DNA from: an uncultured archaeon | GTDB lineage: Archaea > Altiarchaeota > Altiarchaeia > IMC4 > SCGC-AAA252-I15 | Reading direction: 5' to 3' | Assembly (NCBI GenBank): GCA_964423225.1 | Contig: CAYREE010000002.1 | Coordinates: 10,278-74,277 of the forward strand | DNA: 64,000 nt | Shown here: piece after piece, positions 28,881-38,732 of the stretch | Position numbering within the stretch: position 1 is the first letter of the stretch | How the letters are laid out: every line of letters starts with the position of its first letter | Notes under the pieces: generated by a model | What the model saw: the letters and a program-made list of their open reading frames with translations, nothing else | Told to the model about the DNA's origin: nothing | Databases searched by the model: none | Made by a program: the position numbers and the translations under genes

Positions 28881-29649
28881 TGTCATTGAAAAACATGTGA
28901 AGGATATAGCGTGGATTAGGGAGAAATTCCTATCTATGGATGATATGGCTAATCCTATCCTAGGAATCAAATCCTGGGATGATTCGGTATGCTTGGACTT
29001 TGAGGGAAGGCTTGTTGCATCAATAGATGGTCCATATGCTAAGAGACTGGTCATGAAGAGCGCACTCATCCATGCTGCAACAGATGTTGTAGTAAAGGGT
29101 GCAAGACCCTTATTTGCATTGGATAGTTTGGCTGGTCCCAAGAATGATGTTGAAGACATGGTGAATTCTCTAAAGGATCAGGCTTTGGCGATGGAGATCC
29201 CTGTACTGGGGGGTAATACGAAGATCGAGGATGTCGAACCGATTTGCAGTCTGACAGTTGTTGGAAAACTCTTATTGGATGAGCCTATCCGGGATGATGG
29301 TGTGAAGAAGGATGATGTTGTAGTCCTTATGGGCGAGCCCATCTGGGGAGAACAACAGGAGCGTATAGAAAAGGCAAAAGTTCTTTTTACTGCTTGGTAT
29401 AAGGCACTTGATACGGGTGTAAAGATCAATGCGTCCAAGGATGTCACTAAGGGTGGATTAGTATCTGTTGTCTATGAGATGGCTGAGAAAAGCAGTAGAA
29501 AATTCATTCTTGTTGATGATATCCCCTACTCGACTACCCGGAACCTGGACAATTTTATCCTCACACTAGCTGAATCTGAATATAAATCGCTTGAGAAGAT
29601 ATGCACTAAACATGATTGCAGATTGGTTAGGATCGGAACAGTCGGTTGA
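28870..29649 (+). CDS. AIR synthase-related (PurM/ThiL/HypE superfamily) protein
   Basis: DDSV, SIDG, DVVVKGARP, GGNT, KDVTKGGL. Confidence 0.8.
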   Translation: MSVDVIEKHVKDIAWIREKFLSMDDMANPILGIKSWDDSVCLDFEGRLVASIDGPYAKRLVMKSALIHAATDVVVKGARPLFALDSLAGPKNDVEDMVNSLKDQALAMEIPVLGGNTKIEDVEPICSLTVVGKLLLDEPIRDDGVKKDDVVVLMGEPIWGEQQERIEKAKVLFTAWYKALDTGVKINASKDVTKGGLVSVVYEMAEKSSRKFILVDDIPYSTTRNLDNFILTLAESEYKSLEKICTKHDCRLVRIGTVG

Positions 29650-29651
29650 AC

Positions 29652-30740
29652 TTATTCCTTTTGTTCTACGAGTGGTATTTTCCTGCAGTTTGGTGGAATA
29701 TACACCTGGTTGGTTAATGGATTGATTGTAGTATCGCTTTTATATGAATCGTATCCCATCGGCTCAAAATAAAGTCCTCCGCTTGGACCGACCTGAAGGT
29801 CCATTGGAATCCCTGAGTGAACATTCATGATTCCATCAGGAGTCCTTGTAGCATGCATTTCTTCTAAAAGTGTTTTACTAGGCTCATCGCCGTTAGTGGC
29901 ATCATCCCTGAATATCTTCATTCCTTTCCATGTATCATCGTATTCTAATACGTAATTGTTTGATCCCCTTTTCACTTTCCAGGTGTTTTTTTCTTGTCCT
30001 GGTGTAACCTCGTCCACAGTGCTATCCCCCTGGTTAGCCAGCTTTAATATATTCTGTGCGTCTTCTGGTTTAATCTCGGTTTCATTAAAGCTATGGGAAA
30101 CCTGTTCAGACATCCTCTCGAATGTTCGTCCTGTTTTTTTCTGCCATTCGAGGAATGGTGTTCTATCCCCGTCTTCAAGGAAAACCTCCGGTATTACAAG
30201 TGGGAGCCCCATCTTATCTGAAAGGGTTAATAGATGTTCTAAATGCCCCTCTTTCTTACTCCATGTGTGTGGCGATCCGTCGGGGACATAGAATCTGTCT
30301 GTGACGATCGCTGCCTGTCTAACCCCATTTATTGTCGCAGGCATTATCCCTGATATTATATCTGCCCTAAACCTGCCTTCCATATCGTTTGCCACATCTA
30401 TATTCCATGTTGGATCCATGACTCCCATCAGGTATTGGCTGTTATCGATACTATTGCTTCTGACATTTGGGTCTAGGCATTGTCCCTCAGCAGCCTTTAG
30501 TACACGGGTTAACTCGCATGTATGGCCCCATTCAAAGACTGATCCAGGACCTGTTTGCTTATCCTCTTCAGGCGGATTTATGATGTTTAGAATGTTTGTT
30601 ATGTCCTGTATTGCTGAAGCATCCTCATATGAGACTATTATCCTGTCAAGAACTGCCCTCTCATGTCCCTGCCCTTCTTTTGCAACCTCTTCTCTCACGT
30701 ATTTTCCAAGACGTGGATCGAATCCATCGACTTTACCCAA
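29652..30740 (-). CDS. C-terminal segment of the giant orphan protein (frame 2 after apparent frameshift)
   Basis: only a TTG start with no SD; this frame opens exactly at the A4 run at 30778-30781. Confidence 0.65.
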   Translation of the reverse strand: MGKVDGFDPRLGKYVREEVAKEGQGHERAVLDRIIVSYEDASAIQDITNILNIINPPEEDKQTGPGSVFEWGHTCELTRVLKAAEGQCLDPNVRSNSIDNSQYLMGVMDPTWNIDVANDMEGRFRADIISGIMPATINGVRQAAIVTDRFYVPDGSPHTWSKKEGHLEHLLTLSDKMGLPLVIPEVFLEDGDRTPFLEWQKKTGRTFERMSEQVSHSFNETEIKPEDAQNILKLANQGDSTVDEVTPGQEKNTWKVKRGSNNYVLEYDDTWKGMKIFRDDATNGDEPSKTLLEEMHATRTPDGIMNVHSGIPMDLQVGPSGGLYFEPMGYDSYKSDTTINPLTNQVYIPPNCRKIPLVEQKE

Positions 30741-30771
30741 GGCACTTTCATAGGTTTCTTCTGCACCGATC

Positions 30772-33700
30772 TCAGAGTTTTACAACGCCTGCCCTTTTTT
30801 CTTGTAATAGCTTCAAAGTGTCAGAAAGAGGACCTGCGATATTTGCCATATAGTTTTCAGCCTGGTCATATGCTCCCTGTAGCTCGCCTAAATCAGATTC
30901 GAGGGGAGGTAGTCTCGGCCTTAATTCAGCTCTTTCCTCGTTTGTCTTAGCGTCGGTTATTGCTGCTCTTAGCTGTACGATGTCTCCCTGGAAGATCCTA
31001 GTACTGAATGATTCTCCGAAATCGAATCCAAGATCTTCTATCAAATCTGCATGCTGAGAGACTTTTTGCTCTCTACACTGGATTATCCTAGAGTTGATAT
31101 TGTTCACTGTTTTCTCGAAATTGCTTCCTATACCCCGTACGGCACCATATCTATTGAGTTGTTCTTGTTTTTCTCCTATCTCAGCCCTTTTCACTTCAAG
31201 AGCTTTTACTCTTTCTCCTTCAGGAAGATGTGCCACCGAGTCTAGGTAAGGTTGGACTTTTTCCATCTGTTGAGGGCTCTTTCTCAGCTTCTTGTTTTCC
31301 TGCATACGTCTAACCCTTTCCTCAAGTTCTGCTACCTGGTCTTTTGGATCCAGGTGAGCGACTTCATCAAGAATCGGTTGTGCTCCTTCCACCCAACTGG
31401 AATGCGCTCTAATCTTTCGGCATTCTCCAATCCCTGATTTCATGCTCTGCAATACTTTTACTGGTTTCTTTTGTATTGCCTTGGCTTGTGCTAACAATGC
31501 TTCTGCCTGCTCTTTCAATGGTTCGTCCTTTTCAAGCTGGGCTTTTACTTTCCCATCGTTTTTAGCAAGTCCTATTGCAGCATCCACTACTCTTTCCCTG
31601 GCATCAAGGTCGTCAATGTCCTGGTGTTTTGCAAGTGTGGCTGCTGTTTGCGTCCTTCTGATCTCAGAGTCAATGTTTTCTATATGTGAGTATTTTAATA
31701 CTCCAATAGCTTGATTAACTAGCGGTATCTCTTTGTTAAGCTCCCTATATTGTTGTTGGTATTGTTCCGGTTTTGTAGGATCTAACAATTCTATGGCTTG
31801 TAGTGCTGGGCTAAAGTGTCTCTTGTGGAATAAGTCGTCTAATAGTTTTGCAACTGACTCCACTCTTTCATCAACGCAGACATCAGAGAGAATATGTGTG
31901 GTCCTGTGACTTTGATTATTCCAGGTTGTTAGCATTGCTTGTCTTTGCTCTTGAGAATAATGGCTGTCAGGGAAAAGCTCTCTTGCCTGGGTGTTTTCTC
32001 TTCTGGCAGTAAGATATTCTACTGCAGTCTCTCTCTCATCCTCGTTTGGGAATAGTCTTTCCGCATCATCGATCATTGATGTTAATAATGCTGGATCATT
32101 TACCTTGAATTCTAAGTCTTTACCCATAAGAGCTGCTACTGCAACAGGTCTTAGCATGCATACTTTATCTTCATGTCCGAAATGAGTTAGGTTTGCATCG
32201 TAAACAGTGACGCCTGTTAGCCATCTTGCCAGCTGGTCTTCTGGCATATCGTCCAATAGATGGCGTGGATATTTCTTGCTCAGAATCTCAACTGCCTCAT
32301 CATTCACACCTTTTGCATATGCGTCAAAGCTTTCAGGCTTTTCTGAAAGTATTCCAAGGGCTGTTTGTGGCAATGTAGTTGTAGATAGGTTGTCTACCAT
32401 GGCCATGGCATCTATCAGCCTTTGTGGATTGTCGCGTACGGTATCTGGGAATTGGTTTAATAGTCCTGCCATAAGCGTTGTCTGTTCTGTTGGATGGTTG
32501 TCCAGGTAGTTGGCTACGTATTCTCGACAGTATTTATTCTTGTTTATCGGGCTACCTGCTGGTATACATGTTGTCAGTGTTTTTGCAAATTCTGGTGTCA
32601 TAGTATCGGGCGGGAATGCTCCTGCAATACCGTATAATGTTGCTGGCTGATATCCTGCACCCATCAATGTGTCAAGGGCGGTAGGATCACACATCAATAA
32701 CCTTGTTTGTGCTTGATTCCTGTCTATGAATCCGTATTCTGGCTGTTCTCTTAATTCCTCTGATATTTTATCCAAACTCTCCGCATGATTTCCATGGTTT
32801 GCTCCAAGGTTATCCATTACAACCGTACCCTCTGGGCTGGCGACTGCAGTTAAAATGGTTTCGGCCCGTGATTCGTTCGTATAACACCAATCATGCAGGT
32901 TCTTAGATTCTTGTCCCGAAAGCATTCCTGCAAATGTATTGAAGTTTTCTTGGCATCTCCCCATTACTGTTTGGTCTGGCATTTCCAGGCTCCCCTGAGC
33001 TACCTGTTGTTTTCTAACTAAACCTGCTACAAATCCTTCTGGTATGCTTCCTGTTGCTGTATATGAATCTCTCAGATGTGATAACAAATATTGGCTATGG
33101 GTTTGTAGGGTGTATACCTGCCATGGATCAGTTACTACAGTACTTGGTGCATCAACTCCTTCATTAGCCTTCACATTCTTGGGTTGATATATGAATTTTA
33201 TCCCATCGTCTTGCATCTCGGTGAGTGTTGCCTGTAATTCATTTCGTTGCTCGTATAATGGTATGCCTTGTTCAAAATGTTTTCTGTCATATGCATAGCC
33301 TAGTGGGCCAAGCATGGTGAATACTTCAGTCACTTTTCTTGCTGTTTCTATGTCACCTGCGGCTGCCAGGTCATTCATGTGTTCGAGATATTTTCTCACA
33401 GAAGTTTTTTGTTCTTTGCTTGGTTTATAGCCTTCAGCATTCCCCTGTTGATTTCCGCCGATAATCGTATTTACGATGTTTTTCATCCCTGTTATCGGGA
33501 ATTCTTCTGGATGATTTAGTTCAAGATTAAGTATTGTCAAACCCCCCGTACCACTGATTTCTTCTGGTATACCTATGGCCGGACTTGTTTCAAGATGTGT
33601 TTTTAGTTGGGTAGGGTTTGCGATATGAGTGTTGCCCATATGGTTGAAAACTTGTGTTGCTGTATCTTCTGGGAGTTTTTCTGATATTAGACCGCAAAGT

Positions 33701-36225
33701 TCGGAGTCATTTAATGCCTTCCTTCGATTTCCTTGATCGCCTTCATCTACTACTTCTCTTGCACTTTTTAGATATGATGTCGCAAGGCTGTCACTCATGC
33801 CTCCTGCGATCTTTAAGGCGTCTGCTAATGGCACGGAGGTTTGTTTCCCGCTCTCACATCGGTCTACTGCCATACCGAATCCCTCGGTTAAACTGTCTTT
33901 TCCAGGAAGGGATGATAGATGATGTAGTGTTTGTGCATCTGCAAGGGTATCATTAATCACTTTGACAATATTTGATTCTTCTGCAACAGGTGTTTTTTCT
34001 GCAGTATCAGGTTTAGCTTTTGGAGTTTCAGTGCTTGGTTTTTTACATCTTTTTTCAATCTCTCTAAAAACAGAATCGATCCTGATAACTCCTAGGCCTT
34101 CATCTCCAGATACTGTGATAAGTCCTTTTATGCTTCTTGGATTTCCTAACACTGGCTGTAATTCTTCTTTTTTCATTTTCATACCCCAATGTTTTATCTG
34201 TTCTGGCGATGCTTTTGCGTTTACCATTGCCAATGCCATGGTACCGAAGTTTTCAGGGATGGCTTCCATTGAATCTGTGACTTCAATTATTGCATTCATT
34301 GTTTCCTGGTTGGCTGTCCTACACAATGTTTTTGCTTGGGTGCTGGTCCAGAAATCCTTCCCACTATCCCAGTGTTTTGTCATCTTGTAATGATTTTGCA
34401 CGATAGCTAGTCCTACCTCGTCGCTTGCTGCCTCTAGAAGGGATATGTAGGTTGGATCTGCATATATTGAGTTATCTTCATGAAGGAGGGGTACAGCATG
34501 GTTCATATATGCTTTCGCTGTTTCAGGACCTAGATTTTGCACTGTCTGATGTGCGGCCTGTGCATTAAGACTGCCTTGTTCTGTGAAAAGCATTGTAGTT
34601 GCTTCATCTTTCAGCTGATATTGTTCCAGCATGAGATTTGCCCTAGTATTTCTAACCCTGGCGACGATCTCTGGGGTTACATCAGGTAGTATCTGCATCA
34701 AGTCTTCTCTCTGAGTATTAGAACAGATGACTCCCTGGACTATTCCCTTTCTAATCAGGTAATCTCTGACTCCTTGATCCTCTGGAAGAGAACGTTCTAA
34801 GTCCTCTATACTTCTATCATCTCTTGACATAATCGGATTCAATACATTACTGTGAGTCAAAAGCTTTCGGACATCCATTGGCTTTGAAGTGTCTGCTATA
34901 TAGTCTACGACAGCTATGCATCTATCTGCTACTTTTTCCAGTTTGGTTGAATCGCTTGCTTCGACCGTATCATGCATATTTTTAATGAGTATAGTAGATC
35001 TTAGCATGTTTTTTGTCTCAGGGTCTGCATTTGCTAGTTTTTCAATATAGTGTTTTCCGGCTTCTCTGCTTTCATGTTTTGAGTATGCCGTGCCAATATG
35101 TTTTAAGTTGTCGCCTTGAAAAAGGAATTGTAGGTCTTCTTGAGTTAGATTTTCACGGTTTGCAACCAGGTCATTAACAACCATTTCTCTATGTTCGTTG
35201 AAGTGGATTTTCATGAGGCCTTCTATTGCTCCAGGCATTTCAAGCAATCTTCTTCTTGCCTCAATGACGCTAGGATCCTCGTTTTCACCACCCTTCCACA
35301 TCTTTTTGAATTCCTCATGTTCCCATTGCTTACAATCCCAATCCATTTTTTTAGTCGCTGCTCTTAATCTGCCTGCAAGCACCTTAGCCTTAGGACCACC
35401 ACCGAAATCGTATATATCCAAGGATTCCTGGATCTCATCGAGCAGTGGGGATCCCTTAGCTGATTCAACCAGGGGGAAGGGTTCGCATTCCTTATAAGCT
35501 ATCTTTGTGAGTGTTGGATTACGGTTCCTGAACTGTATCTCATGGCCTGATCTTGTAGTCATTGTTATAACAATTCCTCCTTCTGCATGGCGGCGTCCCT
35601 CTCTTGTCACCGATCTTGCGACAAGGTCGTCGGTCCCCAGGTGTTCTGCCATTTTCTGTGTTGCTGATATCTGCTCAACATCGACTGCATATTCATCCAC
35701 TTCTCCAACACTTGACACGTTTTGTTCATGCGATTCTCTGATATTATGGACTGTATTCCTTTGAGACCAGAATCTTTGCTGTGATAAAAATGAGCCGATC
35801 CTTGTCCTCTTATCGGTTACGGTTAGATTGTGTAGTTCAGTTTTTTCCGCATGGAATGTCAGGTTTTCGAGATGGTCGGGCAGGCTTTCTCCTTCTCCAA
35901 TATTTTCAAGATGTTCTACGACAGCGGTAAGCGCTCTTCCAACAAGTCTTTTCTGCATCTCATGAGTTTGTCCGTAACGACTATCATCCATTGATTCAAG
36001 ATGTTGTAACTCAACATCTAATACATTCATAAGCCTTTTCGTATTGGTTGGGCCAAGCTTCTTTAATGCAGTGTGTCCTGTGGCATCATCAAGCTTTCCA
36101 AGAAGCTGTTTTCTGTCAGTGAAGAATTCATCATGTACTTTAAGGGTTAGATGATCCCCCTCCTCATGGATAACAAATTTTCCACGAGCATCTGAATGAG
36201 TAGGCTTGTGGACTTGTTTAGCCAT
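30772..36225 (-). CDS. giant orphan protein, 1817 aa (~2190 aa if joined to the downstream frame)
   Basis: 5.4-kb ORF; helical-looking; no signal peptide or TM seen. Confidence 0.85.
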   Translation of the reverse strand: MAKQVHKPTHSDARGKFVIHEEGDHLTLKVHDEFFTDRKQLLGKLDDATGHTALKKLGPTNTKRLMNVLDVELQHLESMDDSRYGQTHEMQKRLVGRALTAVVEHLENIGEGESLPDHLENLTFHAEKTELHNLTVTDKRTRIGSFLSQQRFWSQRNTVHNIRESHEQNVSSVGEVDEYAVDVEQISATQKMAEHLGTDDLVARSVTREGRRHAEGGIVITMTTRSGHEIQFRNRNPTLTKIAYKECEPFPLVESAKGSPLLDEIQESLDIYDFGGGPKAKVLAGRLRAATKKMDWDCKQWEHEEFKKMWKGGENEDPSVIEARRRLLEMPGAIEGLMKIHFNEHREMVVNDLVANRENLTQEDLQFLFQGDNLKHIGTAYSKHESREAGKHYIEKLANADPETKNMLRSTILIKNMHDTVEASDSTKLEKVADRCIAVVDYIADTSKPMDVRKLLTHSNVLNPIMSRDDRSIEDLERSLPEDQGVRDYLIRKGIVQGVICSNTQREDLMQILPDVTPEIVARVRNTRANLMLEQYQLKDEATTMLFTEQGSLNAQAAHQTVQNLGPETAKAYMNHAVPLLHEDNSIYADPTYISLLEAASDEVGLAIVQNHYKMTKHWDSGKDFWTSTQAKTLCRTANQETMNAIIEVTDSMEAIPENFGTMALAMVNAKASPEQIKHWGMKMKKEELQPVLGNPRSIKGLITVSGDEGLGVIRIDSVFREIEKRCKKPSTETPKAKPDTAEKTPVAEESNIVKVINDTLADAQTLHHLSSLPGKDSLTEGFGMAVDRCESGKQTSVPLADALKIAGGMSDSLATSYLKSAREVVDEGDQGNRRKALNDSELCGLISEKLPEDTATQVFNHMGNTHIANPTQLKTHLETSPAIGIPEEISGTGGLTILNLELNHPEEFPITGMKNIVNTIIGGNQQGNAEGYKPSKEQKTSVRKYLEHMNDLAAAGDIETARKVTEVFTMLGPLGYAYDRKHFEQGIPLYEQRNELQATLTEMQDDGIKFIYQPKNVKANEGVDAPSTVVTDPWQVYTLQTHSQYLLSHLRDSYTATGSIPEGFVAGLVRKQQVAQGSLEMPDQTVMGRCQENFNTFAGMLSGQESKNLHDWCYTNESRAETILTAVASPEGTVVMDNLGANHGNHAESLDKISEELREQPEYGFIDRNQAQTRLLMCDPTALDTLMGAGYQPATLYGIAGAFPPDTMTPEFAKTLTTCIPAGSPINKNKYCREYVANYLDNHPTEQTTLMAGLLNQFPDTVRDNPQRLIDAMAMVDNLSTTTLPQTALGILSEKPESFDAYAKGVNDEAVEILSKKYPRHLLDDMPEDQLARWLTGVTVYDANLTHFGHEDKVCMLRPVAVAALMGKDLEFKVNDPALLTSMIDDAERLFPNEDERETAVEYLTARRENTQARELFPDSHYSQEQRQAMLTTWNNQSHRTTHILSDVCVDERVESVAKLLDDLFHKRHFSPALQAIELLDPTKPEQYQQQYRELNKEIPLVNQAIGVLKYSHIENIDSEIRRTQTAATLAKHQDIDDLDARERVVDAAIGLAKNDGKVKAQLEKDEPLKEQAEALLAQAKAIQKKPVKVLQSMKSGIGECRKIRAHSSWVEGAQPILDEVAHLDPKDQVAELEERVRRMQENKKLRKSPQQMEKVQPYLDSVAHLPEGERVKALEVKRAEIGEKQEQLNRYGAVRGIGSNFEKTVNNINSRIIQCREQKVSQHADLIEDLGFDFGESFSTRIFQGDIVQLRAAITDAKTNEERAELRPRLPPLESDLGELQGAYDQAENYMANIAGPLSDTLKLLQEKRAGVVKL

Positions 36226-36260
36226 ATCATTAATATTCAGGAATTACAGGTATAATAGGA

Positions 36261-37973
36261 TTATCTAGTCTTCACAGCAGCCCCTCTAGTGAAGTCTAGG
36301 ACTTCTTTCGGGGATAATACGAGGGTTCCATTGCGTATGAAGTTATCGTCTTTGTCGACTATGATGCATTCATCACCTGGCCTAAGCTCAGGATCGACAC
36401 TATCAACATATTTGCACATAGCGCTCTTACCTTCTCTTACAAATCCGACAGCCTCTTCCTCGTCAGATAAGACAACTCTAAGCCGGGGCGCTTTGAAGGT
36501 CTCCCACATTCTTCTTGCAAGTATTTCATGGGGTATGATAAAGTGGTCGCTTGCACGTATGGATGCGATCATATCCTTGCCTTCATAAATCCATCGCATC
36601 CTCCGTGTCTTCCTGCTCTTTTTAATCCTGACATTGTCTGGAATAAGTTCTCCAGCACCTTTACCAAATTGATAATCCATCAATGATTTAACCTTCAATA
36701 TGTCCCGTACTTGTGTCCTGTCAAAGTCATCATCAACAAGTGGACCGAACGGATAAATATCCACTACTTCATATGGTACTTTTCCAAATGGTGTGATATC
36801 CAGCTCATTAATACCTTCCACTCTCTCAAGCCTTTTCTTTGCATTGACTACTTCACTCCTTCTATCTGACTCGGCTCCAGTATAATAGAATGCACTGTTT
36901 TTAGTGATTGGATCAAGTTCCGCCATCCATCCAGTATGGTTCATAAGATTATCAAGCGCCTTCATCAATTCTGGATGACTTCTAAGCCGGGTCAATACAA
37001 GCTCCCATAGACTTCCCTCACAAATCGCTTGTTTCACCCTTCTTATCTCAGCAAGACTCACATATAGATTATGTCTTGCAAGAGCGTTCACCCGATCTTT
37101 TCCATACAAGTCCTTTAAGCCTATCCCATATTCACTGCATACCGGACAGTTACAGGGTATATGCTCCATCTCCATGATCTTTTTTGTCCCATATTCTGTG
37201 AGATACCTGTCATCCTGGGCGAATAATGCATAGGCTGCACTGTCGAACAAGTCACAGCCAAGAAGCGTGGCAAGTCCGAACACCATGGGGTGGCCTAGGC
37301 CGAATGCGTGGACGACCCTGTCTGTTGGGATGTTCTTTTTTACTGTTGCTATCACGTCGACTAGTTCAGCGAACCTGTATTTTTCCATGAGTGGTACAAT
37401 CCCTCCAACTGCAACGAGTGGGAACATGGATCCTATCTCACATGCAGCTTTCGCCCTCAAATCAAGGTATTTGCCACCTTGTATCCCTGCATTCACTAAG
37501 AATCCAGCATCTTTCGCTTCTTTTGCCCGCTGGATAGTCGTGTCAAGTTGTTTGGAAGCCCTTGGCTTATATGCGTCAGGTAGTGTGGGAATGTCTAGGA
37601 AGCTTCCTATATCTGAACCGATATCCTCTTCGAACTTAATAATCTCCTGGTTTGTTGCCTCGACAGCCCCGTAGACCATGAGTTGATAGCTTCCTGAATC
37701 GGTTGCTATGATACCCTCATAATCAAGGAGTTTATGGATGCCTTTAGCCAAGACATTTTCCTTTAGTTCTTCATTCTTTAGAAGCATATAAGCGTTAGTC
37801 ATAAGAGCGTTTATCCCGAATTCATCTACAAGCTCTTTAATACTGATTGTTGGCTTGGAAATATTGAATACTGGCATGAGGGCTGGAGTCTCGATCCTCT
37901 TCCCATTAATATCTAAGATCCCAATCCTTGCCGCCGCATCCTTGCGCTTTATCTCAAATGTGATATCAGCCAT
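36261..37973 (-). CDS. tgtA: archaeosine tRNA-guanine(15) transglycosylase
   Basis: ETPALMPV, TDSGSYQ, HAFGLGHP, DLFDSAAY, CNCPVC Zn site, C-terminal PUA domain. Confidence 0.95.
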   Translation of the reverse strand: MADITFEIKRKDAAARIGILDINGKRIETPALMPVFNISKPTISIKELVDEFGINALMTNAYMLLKNEELKENVLAKGIHKLLDYEGIIATDSGSYQLMVYGAVEATNQEIIKFEEDIGSDIGSFLDIPTLPDAYKPRASKQLDTTIQRAKEAKDAGFLVNAGIQGGKYLDLRAKAACEIGSMFPLVAVGGIVPLMEKYRFAELVDVIATVKKNIPTDRVVHAFGLGHPMVFGLATLLGCDLFDSAAYALFAQDDRYLTEYGTKKIMEMEHIPCNCPVCSEYGIGLKDLYGKDRVNALARHNLYVSLAEIRRVKQAICEGSLWELVLTRLRSHPELMKALDNLMNHTGWMAELDPITKNSAFYYTGAESDRRSEVVNAKKRLERVEGINELDITPFGKVPYEVVDIYPFGPLVDDDFDRTQVRDILKVKSLMDYQFGKGAGELIPDNVRIKKSRKTRRMRWIYEGKDMIASIRASDHFIIPHEILARRMWETFKAPRLRVVLSDEEEAVGFVREGKSAMCKYVDSVDPELRPGDECIIVDKDDNFIRNGTLVLSPKEVLDFTRGAAVKTR

Positions 37974-38064
37974 GGGAATACTTATATCACAAGCCCTGAA
38001 TATAAGTTAAAAACAGGAATCTATGCTGTATTATTTTCGGGGATAATCACGGTCATATAGGCGC

Positions 38065-38083
38065 ATGAATTACCTTAATTCAT
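38065..38083. promoter_or_regulatory. perfect 8-bp inverted repeat in the tgtA/CBS divergent intergenic region
   Basis: ATGAATTA-CCT-TAATTCAT, followed shortly by a T tract. Confidence 0.35.
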
Positions 38084-38186
38084 TCATGTTTTTTTATTAT
38101 ACTTACACATGCCTCTCTGATTTTTATACTCTCTCGAGATTGTATATAAGCTTTAATGAGTAAGTTATTAATCGAGGTGTAGTAGA

Positions 38187-38732
38187 GTGGATAATATCAA
38201 GGAATTGAGTGTTGGAGATGTGATGACACGGGGAGTTATCTGTGTTGACGAGGATGATACAGTAAAGATAGCTGCGGAAGTGATGGGCAAAAACGATATC
38301 TCGGCTGTCATAGTGGTTCGAAAGGGTGAGGGTATCGGTATTGTCACTGAAAAAGACATCATCTCAAAGATTGTTGCAGAAAACAAGAATCCCATGACTG
38401 TGAAGATCTCTGAAGTAATGACAACTCCGTTAATAACAATAGAGCCTGGAGCAGATATTGATGATGCTGCTAGGATAATGAGGGATAAGGAGATTAGACG
38501 ACTTCTAGTTAAGGAAAAGGGGAAAGTCATTGGAGTTATCTCCGAGTTCGATATAGTTAAAGTCGAGCCTGCACTACATCTTCTCATACAAGAGCATGCT
38601 AAATGGGATATTTCTACCGCGATGGCTGCTGGCGAGGGAATGATCGCTGGAATATGCGAGTCGTGTGAGAATTATACTGATAGTCTCACAAGTTTTGATG
38701 GTAGACTAATATGTGAGGAATGTACTGGTTGA
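38187..38732 (+). CDS. CBS-pair protein with C-terminal zinc ribbon
   Basis: two CBS repeats; GICESC...ICEEC; GAGGTG SD. Confidence 0.9.
   Translation: MDNIKELSVGDVMTRGVICVDEDDTVKIAAEVMGKNDISAVIVVRKGEGIGIVTEKDIISKIVAENKNPMTVKISEVMTTPLITIEPGADIDDAARIMRDKEIRRLLVKEKGKVIGVISEFDIVKVEPALHLLIQEHAKWDISTAMAAGEGMIAGICESCENYTDSLTSFDGRLICEECTG

Noticed and set aside
37974-38186. largest intergenic gap as a possible tRNA or ncRNA
   Set aside because: AT-rich, with no cloverleaf or GC-rich stems; consistent with divergent promoters.
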